In this document: positions 8,564 to 10,209 of the stretch, in pieces
Numbering within the stretch: position 1 is the first letter of the stretch
Layout of the letters: each line of letters starts with the position of its first letter
NCBI GenBank assembly: GCA_029856365.1
Contig: JAHQWW010000131.1
Coordinates: 1 to 10,209, forward strand
From: Candidatus Hodarchaeota archaeon
Lineage (GTDB): Archaea; Asgardarchaeota; Heimdallarchaeia; Hodarchaeales; Hodarchaeaceae
Direction: 5' to 3'
DNA: 10,209 nt
Notes under the pieces: generated by a model
Database searches by the model: none
What the model was told of the DNA's origin: nothing
Seen by the model: the letters and a program-made list of their open reading frames with translations, nothing else
Position numbers and translations under genes: made by a program

Positions 8564-8694
8564 AAGTTATGTGTTACCTATAATCTTCTCTTGTCTAGAA
8601 GTAGATAGTTATAAGCTTCTTAATCCTTTCTATATCTCGGTATCTTGATACCCATCAGATTCATATGCTCTCAGCCTATTAAATAACAAAGTTG

Positions 8695-9858
8695 TTATTT
8701 GCTGGAGTAAAGTACTGTTCCTTTGCATATTGTCGTGAGAATATTGAGCTTCGAGTCAAGAATCACGATATCCGCAACAAAATCTGGAGCTAAACGCCCA
8801 TAATTCGATAATTTCATTACTTCTGCAGGATTCAATGTAGCCATTCTAATTGCATCTTTAAGGTCTAAACCTATTTGCGTAACCATATTCTTGACAGCGA
8901 CATCCATAGTTAAAGTGCTGCCAGCTAGTCTTCCTGTAGCTTTTATTCTACTGATGCCATCCTTGAGTACAGTTTCTAAACCACCTAATTCATATTCTCC
9001 ATCTGGAAGACCTGTTTCAGAAATAGCATCAGTTATTAAGATTAATCTCTCAATACCTTTTAATTTGACTACTGCAGTTATGGTTCCTGGATGAAGATGA
9101 ACCATATCTGTAATCAATTCCGCATATACATCCTCCCTTGTTAAATATGCTCCGATTATTCCTGGTTCTCTATGATGAAAGGGTCTCATACCATTGAAAA
9201 GATGACTACAGATAGTAATACCAGCATCAAATCCTAATATCGCTTCTTTGTATGTTGCATTCGTGTGTCCAACAGAAACAACTATTCCCATTTCCTTTGC
9301 ATACTTGATATATTCTACTGCTCCTGGAAGTTCAGGTGCAAGAGTAATCCTTTTAATATTATGGTCAGATTTTCGGGTTAATTCTTCTAATTCTTTTATG
9401 TTTGGATTTCGTGCAAAGTTAACATTTTGAGCTCCTGCTTCTTTCCCCGTGTTTATATGGGGGCCTTCTAGGTGAAGTCCCAGTATTTCTGCTCCCTTAA
9501 CTTCCTTTTTAACTACATTTTTTACAGCATCACACACTTGTAACAAAATCTCTTGAGACTGGGTCACAGTTGAAGGTAAAAAAGACGTTACACCATGTTT
9601 CAAAAGAGATTTTGATATTTCAACAAGACCTGCCACGTTATTTATTGTTACATCGTAACCACCATATCCATGTGTGTGAATATCAAGAAATCCAGGAGCA
9701 GCTATAGAGTTAGGATAATATAGAACATCCTTGTCTTGCGAGATCTCATTCCAACGTACTAACTTCTTTATTTTATCTTTTTCAATAACAATGCCTATTT
9801 CCCTAAGTTCTTCTGTTGGTGTTATTGCCCTATCTACTTTCAAAACCAATTGTTCCAT
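8695..9858 (-). CDS. nagA: N-acetylglucosamine-6-phosphate deacetylase
   Basis: 387 aa. PGFLDIHTHGYGG, GLHLEGP, GAQ, TLAPE, GHTNA, HLFNGM, HHREPG, LITDA, LAGSTLTMD and NPA. Metal ligands and the catalytic Asp are present. Confidence 0.96.
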   Translation of the reverse strand: MEQLVLKVDRAITPTEELREIGIVIEKDKIKKLVRWNEISQDKDVLYYPNSIAAPGFLDIHTHGYGGYDVTINNVAGLVEISKSLLKHGVTSFLPSTVTQSQEILLQVCDAVKNVVKKEVKGAEILGLHLEGPHINTGKEAGAQNVNFARNPNIKELEELTRKSDHNIKRITLAPELPGAVEYIKYAKEMGIVVSVGHTNATYKEAILGFDAGITICSHLFNGMRPFHHREPGIIGAYLTREDVYAELITDMVHLHPGTITAVVKLKGIERLILITDAISETGLPDGEYELGGLETVLKDGISRIKATGRLAGSTLTMDVAVKNMVTQIGLDLKDAIRMATLNPAEVMKLSNYGRLAPDFVADIVILDSKLNILTTICKGTVLYSSK

Positions 9859-9867
9859 CCTGAAGCT

Positions 9868-9872
9868 TCCTT
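9868..9872 (-). promoter_or_regulatory. Putative Shine-Dalgarno (AAGGA) for nagA
   Basis: Minus strand reads ctAAGGAagcttcaggATG, 9-nt spacer. Confidence 0.45.
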
Positions 9873-9883
9873 AGAGTAGTGGT

Positions 9884-9948
9884 AAACTTATAGCTACTAT
9901 GGCTTGACCAACGTGGCGATCTACCACCCGAACTATTCCTATAAGTTT
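9884..9948. repeat. Perfect 10-bp inverted repeat AAACTTATAG ... CTATAAGTTT with 45-nt spacer
   Basis: Arms at 9884-9893 and 9939-9948 are exact reverse complements; the spacer is 23/45 G+C. Confidence 0.8.
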
Positions 9949-10009
9949 TTATGTTTTATGTAAAAACCAATTAATGTTTCTTTGTAATATTATTAGAAAC
10001 CACAATTAT

Positions 10010-10015
10010 GGAGGT
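10010..10015 (+). promoter_or_regulatory. Shine-Dalgarno GGAGGT for the SIS-domain gene
   Basis: GGAGGT ends 5 nt before ATG 10021. Confidence 0.75.
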
Positions 10016-10020
10016 AAATT

Positions 10021-10209
10021 ATGCCTGCTGATCAATACTTTGAAGCAATCAGTAGAGTTCTTAAAAAAATTCGTGAAACTCAATCTGAAAAGATTAAAAA
10101 GGCCGCTCAAGTAATGGCGGAATCCGTTGAACACGGAGGGGTTGTTCACATGTTTGGTAGTGGACATTCAGTTATCCCAGTCCTTGACATCTTCCCCCGT
10201 TATGGTAGC
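10021..10209 (+). CDS. SIS-domain sugar-phosphate-binding protein, UPF0309 family; 3'-truncated by the window edge (absent from the ORF track)
   Basis: Manual translation MPADQYFEAISRVLKKIRETQSEKIKKAAQVMAESVEHGGVVHMFGSGHSVIPVLDIFPRYGS, open to the end. YF...Q.E.I..AA...A....GG....FGSGHS.......F.R.G is the UPF0309/SIS_2 N-terminal pattern, with a strong SD. Confidence 0.87.
   Translation, partial: MPADQYFEAISRVLKKIRETQSEKIKKAAQVMAESVEHGGVVHMFGSGHSVIPVLDIFPRYGS

Noticed and set aside
6349-9430. Small ORFs 6349-6534, 8029-8253, 8891-9094 and 9248-9430
   Set aside because: Antisense to the mutase or nagA, with no independent support.
9911-9929. GTGG...CCAC as a DasR/NagR (dre) operator
   Set aside because: Spacer is 7 nt rather than 6 and lacks the TCTAGA-like core.
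9859-10020. glmS ribozyme or tRNA in the GC-rich spacer
   Set aside because: No glmS core sequence or cloverleaf, and too short.

Overview
AT-rich, gene-dense window that is almost entirely an amino-sugar (chitin/chitosan oligosaccharide) catabolic locus. On the + strand: the 3' part of a long-form NagB whose C-terminal PIG-L/LmbE deacetylase domain has lost its catalytic residues, a cytoplasmic CsxA-type GH2 exo-beta-D-glucosaminidase, a GH94 disaccharide phosphorylase with atypical substrate-pocket residues, and an alpha-D-phosphohexomutase with extra N- and C-terminal (winged-helix-like) domains. Then a convergent nagA on the - strand and, divergent from it, the 5' end of a UPF0309 SIS-domain protein that the ORF track missed. 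Together these suggest a combined hydrolytic and phosphorolytic route from partly deacetylated chito-oligomers to fructose-6-P. The nagA/SIS spacer has a perfect 10-bp inverted repeat that resembles two face-to-face archaeal BRE-TATA promoters. No RNA genes, CRISPR arrays or mobile elements were seen. Family assignments rest on motifs recalled from memory; no searches were run.
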